Origin: the human T2T-CHM13v2.0 reference genome, Homo sapiens
Assembly (NCBI RefSeq): GCF_009914755.1
Contig: NC_060934.1
Strand: one strand, 5' to 3'
Length of the DNA stretch: 64,000 nucleotides
The position numbers were made by a program, and so were the translations under genes. Below, one piece after another: positions 20,456 to 44,723 of the stretch. Position 1 is the first letter of the stretch; the number at the start of each line of letters is the position of its first letter. The notes under the pieces were generated by a model. The model had not been told where the DNA came from and did no database searches. It worked only from the letters and a program-made list of their open reading frames with translations.

Positions 20456-23400
20456 AAGTGACCGCATAGTTCTAAATCTCACCCCCCTTCTCTGTCCTCT
20501 AGAAAAAAAAAATTGAATTTATCTTTTCAACACTCTTCTAATACTTCAAAACAAAATATTCATTCAAAACAAGTCTCTCCCCTGAGAGTGTTTAAGAAGT
20601 TAATTGTGCTTTCGTTCCCTTAGGACAGACTGACTAAAGAGTCTCCCGGGAGGAGCATGGGAGGCAGGCTCCACTCTTTGACCTTGGTAGTAGTCACATT
20701 GTTCATTTTATGACTATTTGTTAAACATTAAATGTACGTCTCATGTACATATATAAATATACACATATATATTTCAGCAAAAAAGAATAAACAGTATTTT
20801 TAAAAGCTTCCTTCATAAAAATGTCTCTAAGTAAAGCAAACTAAATAAAGATCTCATTGAAATTTATTCATTATAATTGCCCTTTTAAAGGCTCTGAAGA
20901 ACAGAGATGGGACAAAACCAAAACTGAATGAAATACTTGGGTGGCTCATTCACATCTTTCAAGAAAAGTCTCAATGTGGCTAGAGATTTAAAACATATTT
21001 TCAGGGGAAAGTATTTAAAATTAATACAGTTAGTTTAGTACTGCCAGTCTCTTCTTTCTCTAAATTAAAAGATTCTTATATATAAAATAGAAAAGGTACA
21101 AATTCATCTCCCTTTTACATGGCTTATATTTTCCAGGATTTCTAAGTGTCTAAAGAAATGGCACTTTTACACTATCCTCTGACTTTAGACCTATAGTACT
21201 TTCCATTCTTTCCCAAATATATCACTGTGCCTTTATTTGTACCATATCACCTTCTCTGATGAGTACAACCTAGGGCTCTAATGCCTCCTCTTCACTCTGC
21301 AGTCAGAAGCTATGCTTTTGAACAGTTAACATTGTACCCCTGGTTCAATCTGCTGAGAGCACAATCTTGGAATACTGATTCTATTGCTTAAGACCCCAAA
21401 CAGACTGTCATTACCTCTCTCCCCAGAAGCTGGCAATTAATGACCATTTTACTTCTAGCTAGTGAGGGAGCATTTACTTCCAGGCAGTGTGTCTTTAGGT
21501 CAGCATGATTTCTCCAATTATAAATTTATCACTGCCTATGGCTAAACAAACAACATCTTTTTTTTTTTTTTTTTTTTTGCTATCTCTTAGATTAGAAATG
21601 GATACTCTCTGAGGGGACACCATCCCATTAATTTGGCCTAGGTCTTCTTCACTCATGCATCCTCCTTTTGGAGCTATCTGGCACTTTTCCATAAAAAACC
21701 ACCATAACCAAATATGTTTGTTCTTTTTCAGGTTTGAATAACACAGGAGAATGATTCTAGTTGTCAGTTCTTAATTCAAAGTCTTTCTTAGGGCAAGACT
21801 TTCTTATTTTTAACTAGGAATAACCAGACACTAGTATATTACAGCTGCAACAACTCTCAAAAAAGCTGTACAAAAGAAAAATGTGGCTTCCATCTGCAAC
21901 AGTCATTAAAGATTTCTTTTTTCTTACTAAGGCTCCCAGAACACATATTATACCAAGCCAAAAGAACCAATTTTCTTCATGGAGTAGAATAGCAATTGGC
22001 TGTTACTCATTAAATTCTTACAGCAATGAGCAATGACTTTCTTTCTTGTTTTGTTTCTCTTTGAATAGTAGATGAAGTTGATTTTTTTTTTCTAAGGCTG
22101 CCTCCCATCACCAGCATTCCTGATCCTTGGCCTATGCAGCTGTTAATATGCTGCACACGTATGCCTGGGCTCCTTAACAACCAATACAGTTAACCTTTCT
22201 GTTTACTCCAAGTCAGTTCCTATCTTGTTAGTGAAATTGATTTTTTTTCTTTCTAAGCATAATAATTTCATATCATACAAAAACTATATATATGAAGTTC
22301 ACTGGTTTTCTAAATCCTGTTTTTATTTTAAGGGCTTCAGGAGCCATGGATTCTCATGTTTTAATTGAGAAAGACGTGTCCATTCATGGTAATGCCAAAA
22401 GGTGGGTGGACTATGGCTACTTCACAAGCATATTTAACTGCCTCTGTGTTGGGGGTGGGAGGTAACTGTTGGAGCCCACATTTACTTTTATTTTAAAAAA
22501 GAAGCTAATTCTCTTGATTGAACATAGGTGAAAGATTATTTTTCTGGAACTAGTGATTAAGGAGTAAAATATTAAATACTATACTAAAGGATACGTCATC
22601 ATAACTATCTGTGGTCAAAGGCACTTGTCCATAACTCACCCCATGGTTTTTATATTCTAATTGTCTATTAACTATCTGTACCCCTCACGGACTGGAAGCT
22701 CCTAGAAGGCAGGGATTGTATCATAATGACTGTTTCATCTTTAAGGCACATAGTCTGGCAGATGGTATATAGTCAATAAGTATTTCTGTTAGTGTTGATA
22801 TTATATTCGATACAAAAATCTAATTATTAACTAGCTACGGTTTTAGACTAATTGGCACACTCACTGCCCCACCATTAATGAAACAAGCTTTAATTGGCCA
22901 TTATCCCAGATCAGGCAGATATGCCCAACTTCAAATATCTAATGGTCTCTACCTAAACACTGGGCATCTTTACGGGAGGCAGCAGAAAATAATGCTCAAT
23001 TTGTGAGTTTTGAGTCTTTCTTTTCTGATTCAGATTCTGCTACTAACTAGCGGTACCTCTGGCAAGTCACTTTACCTTAGTAGATTTCATGTCAGAGATT
23101 AAAGTGGGGAATTGGACTAAATGGTCTCCAAGAACCTAGCTAGGTCCAGCTCTAAAAGTGATTGGGCTTGAATTAATAAGGGTATTACTGATATAGCAAG
23201 TCCTTGTCAACACCAGAGGGAGCTACATTCATATCATCACTGGGGTGGTTCAGAAGATTTCAGGGAAAAGCAGTTAAATTGAAAACTTACTTTCCAGAAT
23301 GAGAGAAATTCTATAGCAAGGTAAGAGCTCCACACTGCTCATACGGCCACCCAACAGGCTCTCTGCCATCACCCCACTCTTACAGATGTCAAAGCACCTC

Positions 23401-24540
23401 ACACCTGACTTGTACCAACACACAAGGCTTCAGTTTTAATTCCATGAAAACCCAGTTGGCTTTGAGCCATTCCTAAAGATTTCTTTCCCCATTCAGTCTA
23501 TTTTCTTTCTTAACCAAATTAACAACAACAAAAAGCAAAGTAATTCATTGTGATACTGGAAAATCCCCAAAGAAGGGAGATAAAGGAGGAGAAAGATTCA
23601 TATCACACCGAAGCTGTAGCCTGGAAAAAACAGTAAAGTTAACTACAACTGAATTCATTAGCAGCCTGCCACTCAAACCCAAAGCTACCTCAAAAACAAG
23701 AAAACTACTCAAAAAGAGAAAACATATCAAGGAAAGGAAGGACTCAGCATAGCTCTGCAATGCAGGTGCGGGAATGCCTGAGACGATGGCTGACACTGCC
23801 CTATTGGGCTCCATGGTAAGCAGTCACAGCTGCTGAAGAGTGATGTCATTAATTAAAGCAATGGGGTCACATTAGGCATTTGGCAAAAAAACTGTAAAGA
23901 GACAACATAAGGGAATGGAGGGTGGAATAGGGAAGAAAAAGTAAAAGCATTTCTAAAGCTAAAGCCTATTCTGACGTTATCATATACTCCCTCCTCCACC
24001 TCAGCAAAACACCCATAGCCTTGAAAATGACCTAAACCCTTACAGAGCAAGTGAAAAGAAGAAATGAAAACCTCTCCATTAGTATCAACTTATGTTTCTC
24101 TTTGTCCAGAGGAACAATGGCATGCTAACCTGATGGAGAAGGCATAAATCATGAATATTACAGAAGGGTAGTCTGTTAGAGAAAGACAAATGTAATCCTG
24201 AAGAACCCCTTTACTTACATTTCATAGATTAATTCAACACTCAGAAAGGCAAAGCTTCAATGGTCAAAAATGGACCATCTACTTTTTAGGACATAGGCTG
24301 TTCCTGAGTAAAAATGGCTTATAAAGCCACTGCAGAGATTGACTTTGTGGGTAAAGAGAAAAATCTACTAAAACAAGACAAATAATTATTTTCCACTTAA
24401 AAAAAATGCAAGCTCAAACCTCATAAGTACAGAGTAAAACTTAGGTTGAAATCAACTTATTTCTATGAATCCAAGTGGTTGGAATACCTAAGGGTTTCTT
24501 TTTTTTTTTTTTTCCTAAGTGTTTCTTATATCACCAATTT

Positions 24541-24715
24541 CAGGCAGGGTGCAGAGGCTCACACCTGTTATTCCAGCACTTTGGGAGACAGAGGTGGCAG
24601 GACCACTTGAGCCCAGGAGGTCAAGGCTCCAGTGAGCAGTGTTTGCACCACTGCACTCCAGCGTGAGCAACAGAGCGAGACACTGTCTCAGATAAACAAA
24701 TAAACAAACAAACCA
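24541..24715 (+). mobile_element. Internally deleted AluJ/monomer 200 bp downstream of exon 9
   Basis: Left-arm start fused to right-arm end, with an (AAAC)n tail. Confidence 0.75.
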
Positions 24716-24915
24716 CCAATTTCAAATACTCTAGAAGTGCCAAAGCCTTAAGAGGACCAGCTACTTTTCCTCTCTTTCCCTTTAGATAATTAAAAAAAAA
24801 AAGTATGAGAAAAAGTATGAAGAAGTATGAAGAAATATACGGAGAACTACTTGTTTTCCTGCCTTATTTAGGACATGTGCCAAAGGATTTCCAATTCACT
24901 CTGCTTCATACTGAC

Positions 24916-25001
24916 CTTTAAAATATTTCGGCCATCAAATGATTCTCTTTCCTTGAAGATATATTTGCCTTCCGCTGTGTAGAGATTGTACCTGCCTTCA
25001 G
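24916..25001 (-). CDS. ASCC1: ASCC1 coding exon 9 (86 nt, phase 1 to 0): (A)EGRYNLYTAEGKYIFKERESFDGRNILK
   Basis: Minus strand reads atatttacag|CTGAAGGCAGG...ATTTTAAAG|gtcagt and continues the exon 8 frame. Confidence 0.97.
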
Positions 25002-26114
25002 CTGTAAATATTCCAAAGATAATGTTAGAAGCTTAGATTGATTGGTTGTTTTCTCTTGGATTTCTATAGGTACATAGGTACGACTAGCAAAATTTTCATG
25101 AACTACCTGGAAAGTGGCATAATGAAGAGGAAAAATGTCAGGCTATGAATCAAGAGACCTGGCTTCTAGTCTCAGTTCTGTCAACAATTCATTCAGTATA
25201 CATTTATTCATTCATCTATTCATTCGACATTCTCCAGGCACTCACTATATATTCCTAACTATGCAACTAGCTACATTATTAGGCAAATTATGTCTCCATT
25301 GTGGACCTTAGTTCCTCATTGACAAAGTGAGAGGCAGGACTAAGTGATCTTCAAAGGTTCCTTATGTTCTATAGATCCAAGAAAAGTGGCATATAATTTT
25401 AAATATGTAAAAATACATAAGAGTTCACACATTAGCTAGTCAAAACTCATGCTCTGGGTTGATTTAAGGGCTTCCCCCAGAGGAAAAAGAGCCCTTCAGT
25501 TGCAATCAAAGGTATCCTTACAGATATTCTACACAGGAATGCAGCAAATCTATGACCTTAGCCTAAACCAAGCTGTGCTCTAGCTTCTTAAGTTAATTTG
25601 GGTTGCATATCTCAAAAGACATCCTTAAAGGTTGGCAAGGAAAAGAATATCAAAAGAGAGGGAAACAGGAAAGAAAAAAAATGTAACATCATTTCATGTC
25701 CTTCTCAAGTAAAAATTCAATACAGGAGAGTCCAGAGTACAAAAAATTCAAAGCATCCTCAAGAATTAACTCAGAATATTTTCTGAAATATTAATCATTT
25801 CCTACCCACTGACAGACCTTCAAAAATACTTATTTCCACATTTAAGTACGTTATTTTACTTTTATAAGTAAGGAGGGTACTAGGCCAGAATTGATGAAAT
25901 ACATCTAGAGTTTTAAAAACTCCATGAACATAATACATAATACATTTCAGCTAGCCCACTGGAGTTGCACATGGGTAACTATGGAACTATGTCTCTAATG
26001 AGAAGGATGCTCTTAATCAAAGATCCCAACCCCGTGCATATTTCACAACTTAAAATTAAGAGAAAGAGAATGTGTGAAGTTGCAAAAGAACAACAAATAA
26101 ATTGATACCAAATA

Positions 26115-27240
<1,126 letters not shown>

Positions 27241-27499
27241 TTATATTTTGAACATCTGCAAATAGAGGGATAACTAGACTGTAAACACACAACACTCTCT
27301 TATATAAAGCTCTAGTACTAACTGAATATAAACCTGGATCCACACAACTTAGAATATACAGATTCCTACATATCTGAACTCTTCCTGTGTTAAGAGATTA
27401 GTTAATGATGGACCATGACATAGTTTTAAGAGCTCTGAACAAATATTTAAGGACTAAGACAAATGGAAAATGTACTGATAGCTAATAAATGTCTAATAA

Positions 27500-27712
27500 A
27501 ATACTGTCTATACCTGCAACGCCCAAAACAGTGGCCACTATCCAGATGTTTTCCCATAAATTTTAATTAAAATTAAAAATAAAAGTTCACTTTCACAGTC
27601 TCACTAGCCACCTTTCAAGTGCTCAATAACCCCATGTGTCTAGTGGCTACCATATTGGACATCGCAGATACAGAATACTTCAATCATCACAGACCGTTTT
27701 CTTAATACAGTA
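27500..27712. mobile_element. MER3/MER33-like hAT DNA transposon fragment
   Basis: cactagccacctttcaagtgctcaataaccccatgtgtctagtggctaccatattggac motif. Confidence 0.7.
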
Positions 27713-27941
27713 TGTCTTCTGAAACAATAAATTTAGAGTATACTCCAGAGTTCTGAAACTCTGCCTTTACATAATAATGTTAAAATGTACATCATCTCAG
27801 GGGATTCTCAATTTGTTTTCCAAAATTAAAATACACTGTTCAGAATAAAACAAATAGCACAAACCTAGTTACATGCTTCTACTGGACAAGCTGCATTATA
27901 ATACATAGATATTGAAAATATTCCTACTTCCTGTACTACTA

Positions 27942-28272
<331 letters not shown>

Positions 28273-28308
<36 letters not shown>
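28273..28308. repeat. (AC)18 microsatellite
   Basis: Direct reading. Confidence 0.95.
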
Positions 28309-28310
<2 letters not shown>

Positions 28311-28703
28311 AACTGGAACAAGTTCAAAGTTTTGGATTCTATTACCTACCCAAACAAGAGTATATAGGCTTTAACTGAGTTATTTGAAGCTCTCTTAATC
28401 TCAGTGTTCTCAAAAGTAAAATAGAGATTTATTTATAAGTCTTAAATAAAATTCAATATGGCATCACAAAATAGTAGTATTTTAGAACTAATAACTAGAT
28501 AGCTACAAATTTCTTGGTCCTACCATGACTGTAACTAAACGGGGTTAATTATCAAATGATTGCCAGTTGGGATCTTTGGTACATATCTGAGAGAAATTAA
28601 AAGACGTGCCTTAACTAAAAGGGACACACAAATTGTCCTAACTAAAAACCTACAAATAGTCAATGATTCAAGTCCTGATGGAGTTATCTTCTCCTCTAGA
28701 TAG

Positions 28704-28998
28704 ATTTTTTTTTTTTTTTTTTTTTTGAGAAGGAGTCTTGCTCTGTTGCCAGGCTGGAGTGCGATCTCGGCACACTGTAACCTCCGCCTCCCAGGTTCAA
28801 GCGATTGTCTTGCCTCAACCTCCCAAGTAGCTGGGATTACAGGCATGTGCCACCACACCCGGCTAATTTTTGTATTTTTAGTAGAGACGGGGTTTCACCA
28901 TGTTGGCCAGGCTGGTCTTGAACTCCTAAATGCAAGTGATCCACCCGCCTCAGCCTTCCAAAGTGCTAGGATTACAGGCATGAGCCACCGCACCTGGC
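28704..28998 (-). mobile_element. AluS
   Basis: Antisense dimer with poly-T. Confidence 0.9.
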
Positions 28999-29304
28999 CC
29001 CCACCTAGATTTTCTAAAACCAAGGTCAGGGCTCAAGAAAGGAAATGAAACCGGAATACGTGACCTTGGTGCTGCTAGTGTATTTTGAACCACGAGTCTT
29101 GGAAGGAAGAGCTGCATATGGCTTGAATGTGTGACTCCTGATCCGATGCTGAAGGTACTAGAGAAGCTTTCACTTTGGAGATAGGGACAGGAAGAAAAGA
29201 AAACTTCTTTTTGAAATAAACAACTATCCCAAATCAAGGATTAAAACAAGGCATTTTTATAAAAAGGCTCAGAGTCCATGAAGAAAAAAACTATTATTTT
29301 AACA

Positions 29305-29514
29305 CAAGGTTTCTCAACCTCTGTGCTACGACATTTTGGGAAGAATAATTCTTTGTCATGGGGGACCGTCCCATGCATTGTAGAGTGTTAGACAGCACCC
29401 ACTAGGTGCCAGCAGCAACCCATCTCCAGCTCCCTAACTATGATAACCAAAAATGTCTCCAGACAATGCCAAATGTCATCTGGGGGCAAAATAACCCCCA
29501 GTTGAGAAACACTG
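29305..29514. mobile_element. MER20 hAT-Charlie DNA transposon
   Basis: Terminal inverted repeats caaggtttctcaac / gttgagaaacactg; TSD ttttaaca / atttaaca; ~210 bp. Confidence 0.85.
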
Positions 29515-29887
29515 ATTTAACATTTACTTTCACTAGCTCACCTTCCTTTCTTTTTTCTCTTTAAAAAAAAAAAAAGCCACCAAGTATTGCATGCGACATA
29601 CTTATGCCAAAAATTTATTCACTGTTTATATAAAATTTACCAGAGCATCCTGTATTTGTATTTGCTAAATATGGCAATCCTATGTGTGACAGAAATAAAA
29701 GATCTGGAAGCCACAGTTCCATGCTATATATGTTCTTGCCCACCTCTACTATGCTCATCAGAATAAGCTAAGAGGTCTAAAAAAGAAGCTATATCAGAGA
29801 TTCTTTGATAGCTCATTCTACCTAAACCTCAGAGATGCCACAAGGCCGCTGATCACAAACTGTGCTATAGTTCTCTGGGGGACTTAC

Positions 29888-30012
29888 CATTGGGGTCTTT
29901 CCTGAATAGTGTATTCATAACTGTAGCATGCAGTTTCACACTATTCCACTCTTTCACTATTAGTCCAGATGCCTGAAAACGTTCCAGCACTCGATCAACT
30001 AATTCTTGTAGC
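29888..30012 (-). CDS. ASCC1: ASCC1 coding exon 8 (125 nt, phase 2 to 1): LQELVDRVLERFQASGLIVKEWNSVKLHATVMNTLFRKDPN, with the second HxT motif
   Basis: Minus strand reads ttttctccaatttctccag|GCTACAAGAA...GACCCCAATG|gtaagt. The His codon of HAT is at 29928-29930. Confidence 0.97.
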
Positions 30013-30828
30013 CTGGAGAAATTGGAGAAAAGTAATGCAGAAATCTTAGTAAACTTCTGAACATGCGATTACCAATTCAACAATGTTTATGGAGCATGTG
30101 CTCTGTGCTAATCACCATACAAAGCCCTGCATCACAGGAGGAAGAATAAGAGACTCATCTCCCACCATCATGGAGCTAAAGATCAGTCTTGTTTGTCTGC
30201 TTAACAGATAGTAGAAATAAATGATGGCAATATATTATGGTGAGCGTGAAGGGAGTGATCAACTCTACATGGAGAGGGCCAGGTTTCCACAGGAGGTTTA
30301 GACATAGTCTGGAATGATCATTAAAGATTTGCAAATAACACCAGGGAAGGAGGGGCACTTCAAGTAGAAGAAGAAACAGCAAGTGCAAAGATGCCAAGGC
30401 ATGCAAGATCACAGCATATTCAAAAAACTGTCAATTATTTACAATACAGTTATGACAGAGAGTGACAGAAAAGGGACAATGGAGATGAGCTAAGTCTATA
30501 AGCAGTGGTCAGATTAGGGAAGCCACAGAAAGACTTTCAAAAGGGAATTATGTGGTCTGATGTCCATTTTTGAAAGCTGACTCAATAGCAGAGTGGGAAG
30601 GGCTTTAGAAGAGGAACAGCTACAGAGGTCAGTCAGCTAGGTGGCTACTTCAACAGTCAACATCACTATGATGTGTCAGGCACAGTTCTAAGCACTTTTT
30701 ATCTGTTAAATCATTTAATCCTCATAACCAATTATTATCCCTATTTACCAATACAGAAGCCAAGGCACAGAGAAGTTACAAAACTTGACCAACTTCACAA
30801 AACTAAGTGGCAAATCCAAAATTAGAAG

Positions 30829-34040
<3,212 letters not shown>

Positions 34041-34077
34041 CAGGCCATCAATGACAGTTTTTAAGAAGCAAGAAACA

Positions 34078-36245
<2,168 letters not shown>

Positions 36246-37867
36246 ATTTCTAACAGTATATTATTTCAATTCTTATTTCATTGATCCTTTCCTGTTTATG
36301 AATAAATCACAAAGCTTCTCTATGCCTTTGCTTCCTAATAAGCAAATTAAATATAACAGGGTTGCTATGAAAAAAGGAATGAATTATTCTTAAGCAGCTT
36401 TATCACTTAGATAGTGCTTTGGATTTGAAAACAGAAGCCAGTTATTAATGCACTAAATCTAAGCTCTTAGTTTAAAGGCCTGTAAGTGCTATAAAGCTCA
36501 AGCATTCCAGGACCATCTTTACAAATAAGGAGTTTGTGCTGCAGAATGATCACTGACTGCCTAGAAAGTGCAAATTTCAAGCTTTTGTTTGGGCTTTCCC
36601 TCCCAATTTAATTCAGCTCCATCCAATTAATGCTTCCTGAGCGCTCACTGTGTACAGACATCATCCTAGTGATTACAAGAATAAAAACTAAGCAAAGATG
36701 GTCCTTGTTATTAATAGATCTACAATCCACTAAGATAAAATTTTGTTATTATTTTTATGAGACTATAAAGTAGATTTTGGTAATAACATAAGCAATACAG
36801 AGTGTTTCGGGTAATTTAAAAGTGGAAGAGATTATAGTGGGGTTAGGACCAGTATAGGTTGCAAGGAGGACGGGCTTAGGATAAGAAGCTAACTGCACTC
36901 AATGCATTTTTTTACATCAGTTAAATGAATAAATAACAAACATTCTTCGAACATCTATGTCATGCATTACAAAAGGCAGCCAAATAACACATAACTCCCT
37001 GCCCCCAAGAATCTTACAGTCTATTTAAGAAAAAGAAGAAAGGATGGCAAGAGGAAAGAGAAATAGCATTTGGACAAAAGAGGAGTAATATAAGGGAAAT
37101 TTCAGTCACAAGAAACAATATTAACAACAAAAGATCAACAACCAATAATGAAGCAGGCTGGGGCCCAGGGCAGGCACTAGATAGTGGGAGATAAAGCTGA
37201 AGTATTAAGATGATGTCATACTGGAAGATCTTGAATGCTAGACTGAGGATTATGAATTCAAAAGATGATGAGAAATGATGAAAGATTTTTAAGCAAAGTC
37301 CTATGGTACATAAGCTATTGCTTAGACTGATGTAGTAGTGTTTCATAATATCTATATTCACTAACATAAAAGTAATGTGTAGGTTATATTTCACAAGAAT
37401 GAACTGCAGAAATATATGTGTAATGTGATCAATTTATGTAAAATTATATGCATAGACAATGACTCTCGGTATTTGCTCTGAGGAGGAAAACTCAAGAGTT
37501 GGAGGAGGGGGAAAAGGAACTGTTTAATTTTCACTTCACCCATCTGTAAGATTTTATTTTTGTAAGCAAAAACAATGTAAAAAGAGGCTTGGCTGTGAAA
37601 GGAAGATGGCAAACTATGTATAGTGATGCAGGGCTGCACCACTGTGGAATTTAATGCACACATATATACCTCTCTCATCTTTTCACCAAACGCTCAAAAG
37701 AGTAGACTATATCCACTTATTTTTAATGTCCTCTTTCTGTCCCATAAGCACAGGCTTTACAGTCAAACAGAGCTGGGTCAAACCACAATTCTACCACTTA
37801 CAAGCACATACTAATTACCACTAACCTGGAGCTGACCAAGTATACCAAGTATAACATCAAATTGTTT

Positions 37868-37868
<1 letters not shown>

Positions 37869-37922
<54 letters not shown>

Positions 37923-37972
37923 TAGATATAGACATAGAGATATAGATATACAGATATATATAGATATATATC
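37869..37972. repeat. (TAGA)13 microsatellite followed by a degenerate TA/GA repeat
   Basis: Direct reading; pure run is 37869-37920. Confidence 0.95.
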
Positions 37973-38049
37973 AGACAAGCTAAAAGAAAAAAATTACTTG
38001 TTATCCACAAATAACGACTGGTAAATTGTTTATGTATCCAGGCTGACTT

Positions 38050-42090
<4,041 letters not shown>

Positions 42091-44095
42091 TTATGTATTG
42101 TTTGCATTTAATCTTTTTCCTCTTATCTACTGCTTCTACCTTAATCCAAGCACCCCTCTAATTTCTTCAGGTCTCCATCTGTATCACTCTCCTACTCCTC
42201 ATGCCCCATCTATATCTGGAGTTTGCCAGGCTTTTTCTTGCCATGGGGCTTTTGCTCTGCTCTTCTGTTTGCCTAAAAGCTGGAAAGAACCTTCCCACCA
42301 CTCTTAGCCTGCAAACTCCAACTCTTTTAGATCTCAGTTTAACATCAATTCCTTAGACAGGCTTTTAACATCAATTCCTTAGAGAAGCTTTCCTTGAGGC
42401 TTTTTCTTTTAAGTTTCATTTAATCTTGATAAAGCAGTGAAAATGGTAAGTGTTATTAAATCTCTTCCCTAAATTGCCATAATAGTTTCCCTCTGTTAGA
42501 GAGCATCGTTTTTCCCTTGCTCAGTCTTTATCCCACTTTGCAATTACATTAATATATTCATGTGGTATTTGTTAATGTCTGTTTTCCCCACTTGTCTGTA
42601 AACTACACTGGAGCAATGGCTGTGTCTGGCTTTATTCACTACTCTATACTCAGACTATAACACAGTACCTGGGATACAGTAGGCTTTCAATAAAGTTTTG
42701 TTGAATAAACAAATGACCAAATGGAAAAAAACTTCCTTTAAGTGGCATATAACAGCACTTCTAGATCTAAACCCTGCCTGTTCTGCAGCCTCATCTCCCA
42801 CCTTACCCCATTCCCATCTCACACATTCTATTGGAAAATAATGCTCTTTCGTGCCTCTGTGACTTTGCATTTGCTATTTATTCCCATTTCCTAAAAAGGT
42901 ACTCCTTTAGCCTGCAAACTCTTTATTCAGCAAAGAAACCTCCTCCATGAAGCCTTCCTTTAGGAGATTTGCCCATCCGTGGGCAGAGGTGTCCTGCCCT
43001 TCCCGACAGCCCTGGCATCTCAATCACAGCCTCACCCTAGTGGATCTTAATGGCTGCCATCTGCCTCTTGTGGATGACAGAAGCGCTATGGTCTACTGCC
43101 CTGCATATCCTAGGCATTCAAAGAATGCCTGGGGAAAGGGGACTAGAAAGGCCATGCAGAGCAGAATAACCGAGGGTGTCAGGTCTTTGAGGAGATAAGA
43201 AGAAATGGGGTCACGAGAATAAGTAAAAGGATTAGTCTCATCAGAGTGAACGTTTTCAGAAAAACAAGGAAATTGAGTTGAGTGCAGGAGATGAAAATAG
43301 GTGAACTGTGATAGGAAAAGGAGGAAGTTGAGGCAGTGGCTTCATGTTCTCAGCAAAATAGGAGAAACCATTCTTTTGAGAGGGACAAGGGACAAAGGTG
43401 GAGGGTTTAGAGAGTAACAGACAAAACAGAATAGCCACAGTGTTCAGTGTATAAGTCCTAACAGCTGACTCCTAGCTAATGTAAAAGCTTCCTTAAACAA
43501 ATTTCTTACCAGTCACACTTTACCAAACCAAACCGAGGATGCATTAGTAAGTGTAACTCTACTGTCCCAGCTCTCTGTTTCCAGAGAACAAATCTGATCT
43601 AAGTGGTTACGTCCTTTTAAAGGTCAGGCATTTCACATTCAATCATTTAAGGGAATCTTTGATTTAAAATACTACATATGAAAGCATACCAAAAAAAGTT
43701 AAGTGCTTGTATCTTCATTACATGTATTTTACTACACACAGTTCTTGTATTGAGCTGTCTTTTCACATAAAGAAAAAGATTGAATGGTCCTTAAAAACAG
43801 GGCCATGTGTTACTAGCTTCTGTATCAATTTGCACTGTCTTGCAAAATATCTTGCACAAAGGAGGCATTCAGATAGTTTTTTAATGAAATTAAATAAGTG
43901 AATAAGTCCCTTAGGCATCCTAGATTTTGGAAGGGGAATTTACAAATCTTTTTGAAATAATACAAAAGTGGCTATTGTCAGGAAGAGGAATAGACAATAG
44001 AAAAGAAAAACTAGAGCAGTACAAGAGGTGAGAATTATCCAAAAATGTTCTTGGTTGATTGCACTAGTGGATTCAGTGGATATTTCACAACACCT

Positions 44096-44422
<327 letters not shown>

Positions 44423-44723
44423 TAAGAATTGGAACATAGTCTATCCTACTCAACTTAGCATATACACACTGAAAACCTTCTTAGTTCAGGGCACAGCTTT
44501 GCTATCTATATGTTCCTTACCCAAATCACTTAGGCTCTCTGAACTTCCCTGATCTATAAAATGGGCATAAAAACAGTATTTATCTTACACAGATGTTACG
44601 AAGACTAAATGGAAATAATACAATCTAAGCACCGTGCCAGGCAAGAGTAAGTGCTAACCAAAGTTAGTTATAATTCCCTGGAAACTATAATCTAAAATGT
44701 TAGAGATAAAATATTACTTAGAC

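Noticed and set aside
24992-25001. Alternative AG acceptors 6 and 10 nt into exon 9
   Set aside because: The upstream cag restores the known protein frame, and nothing in the sequence supports use of the others.
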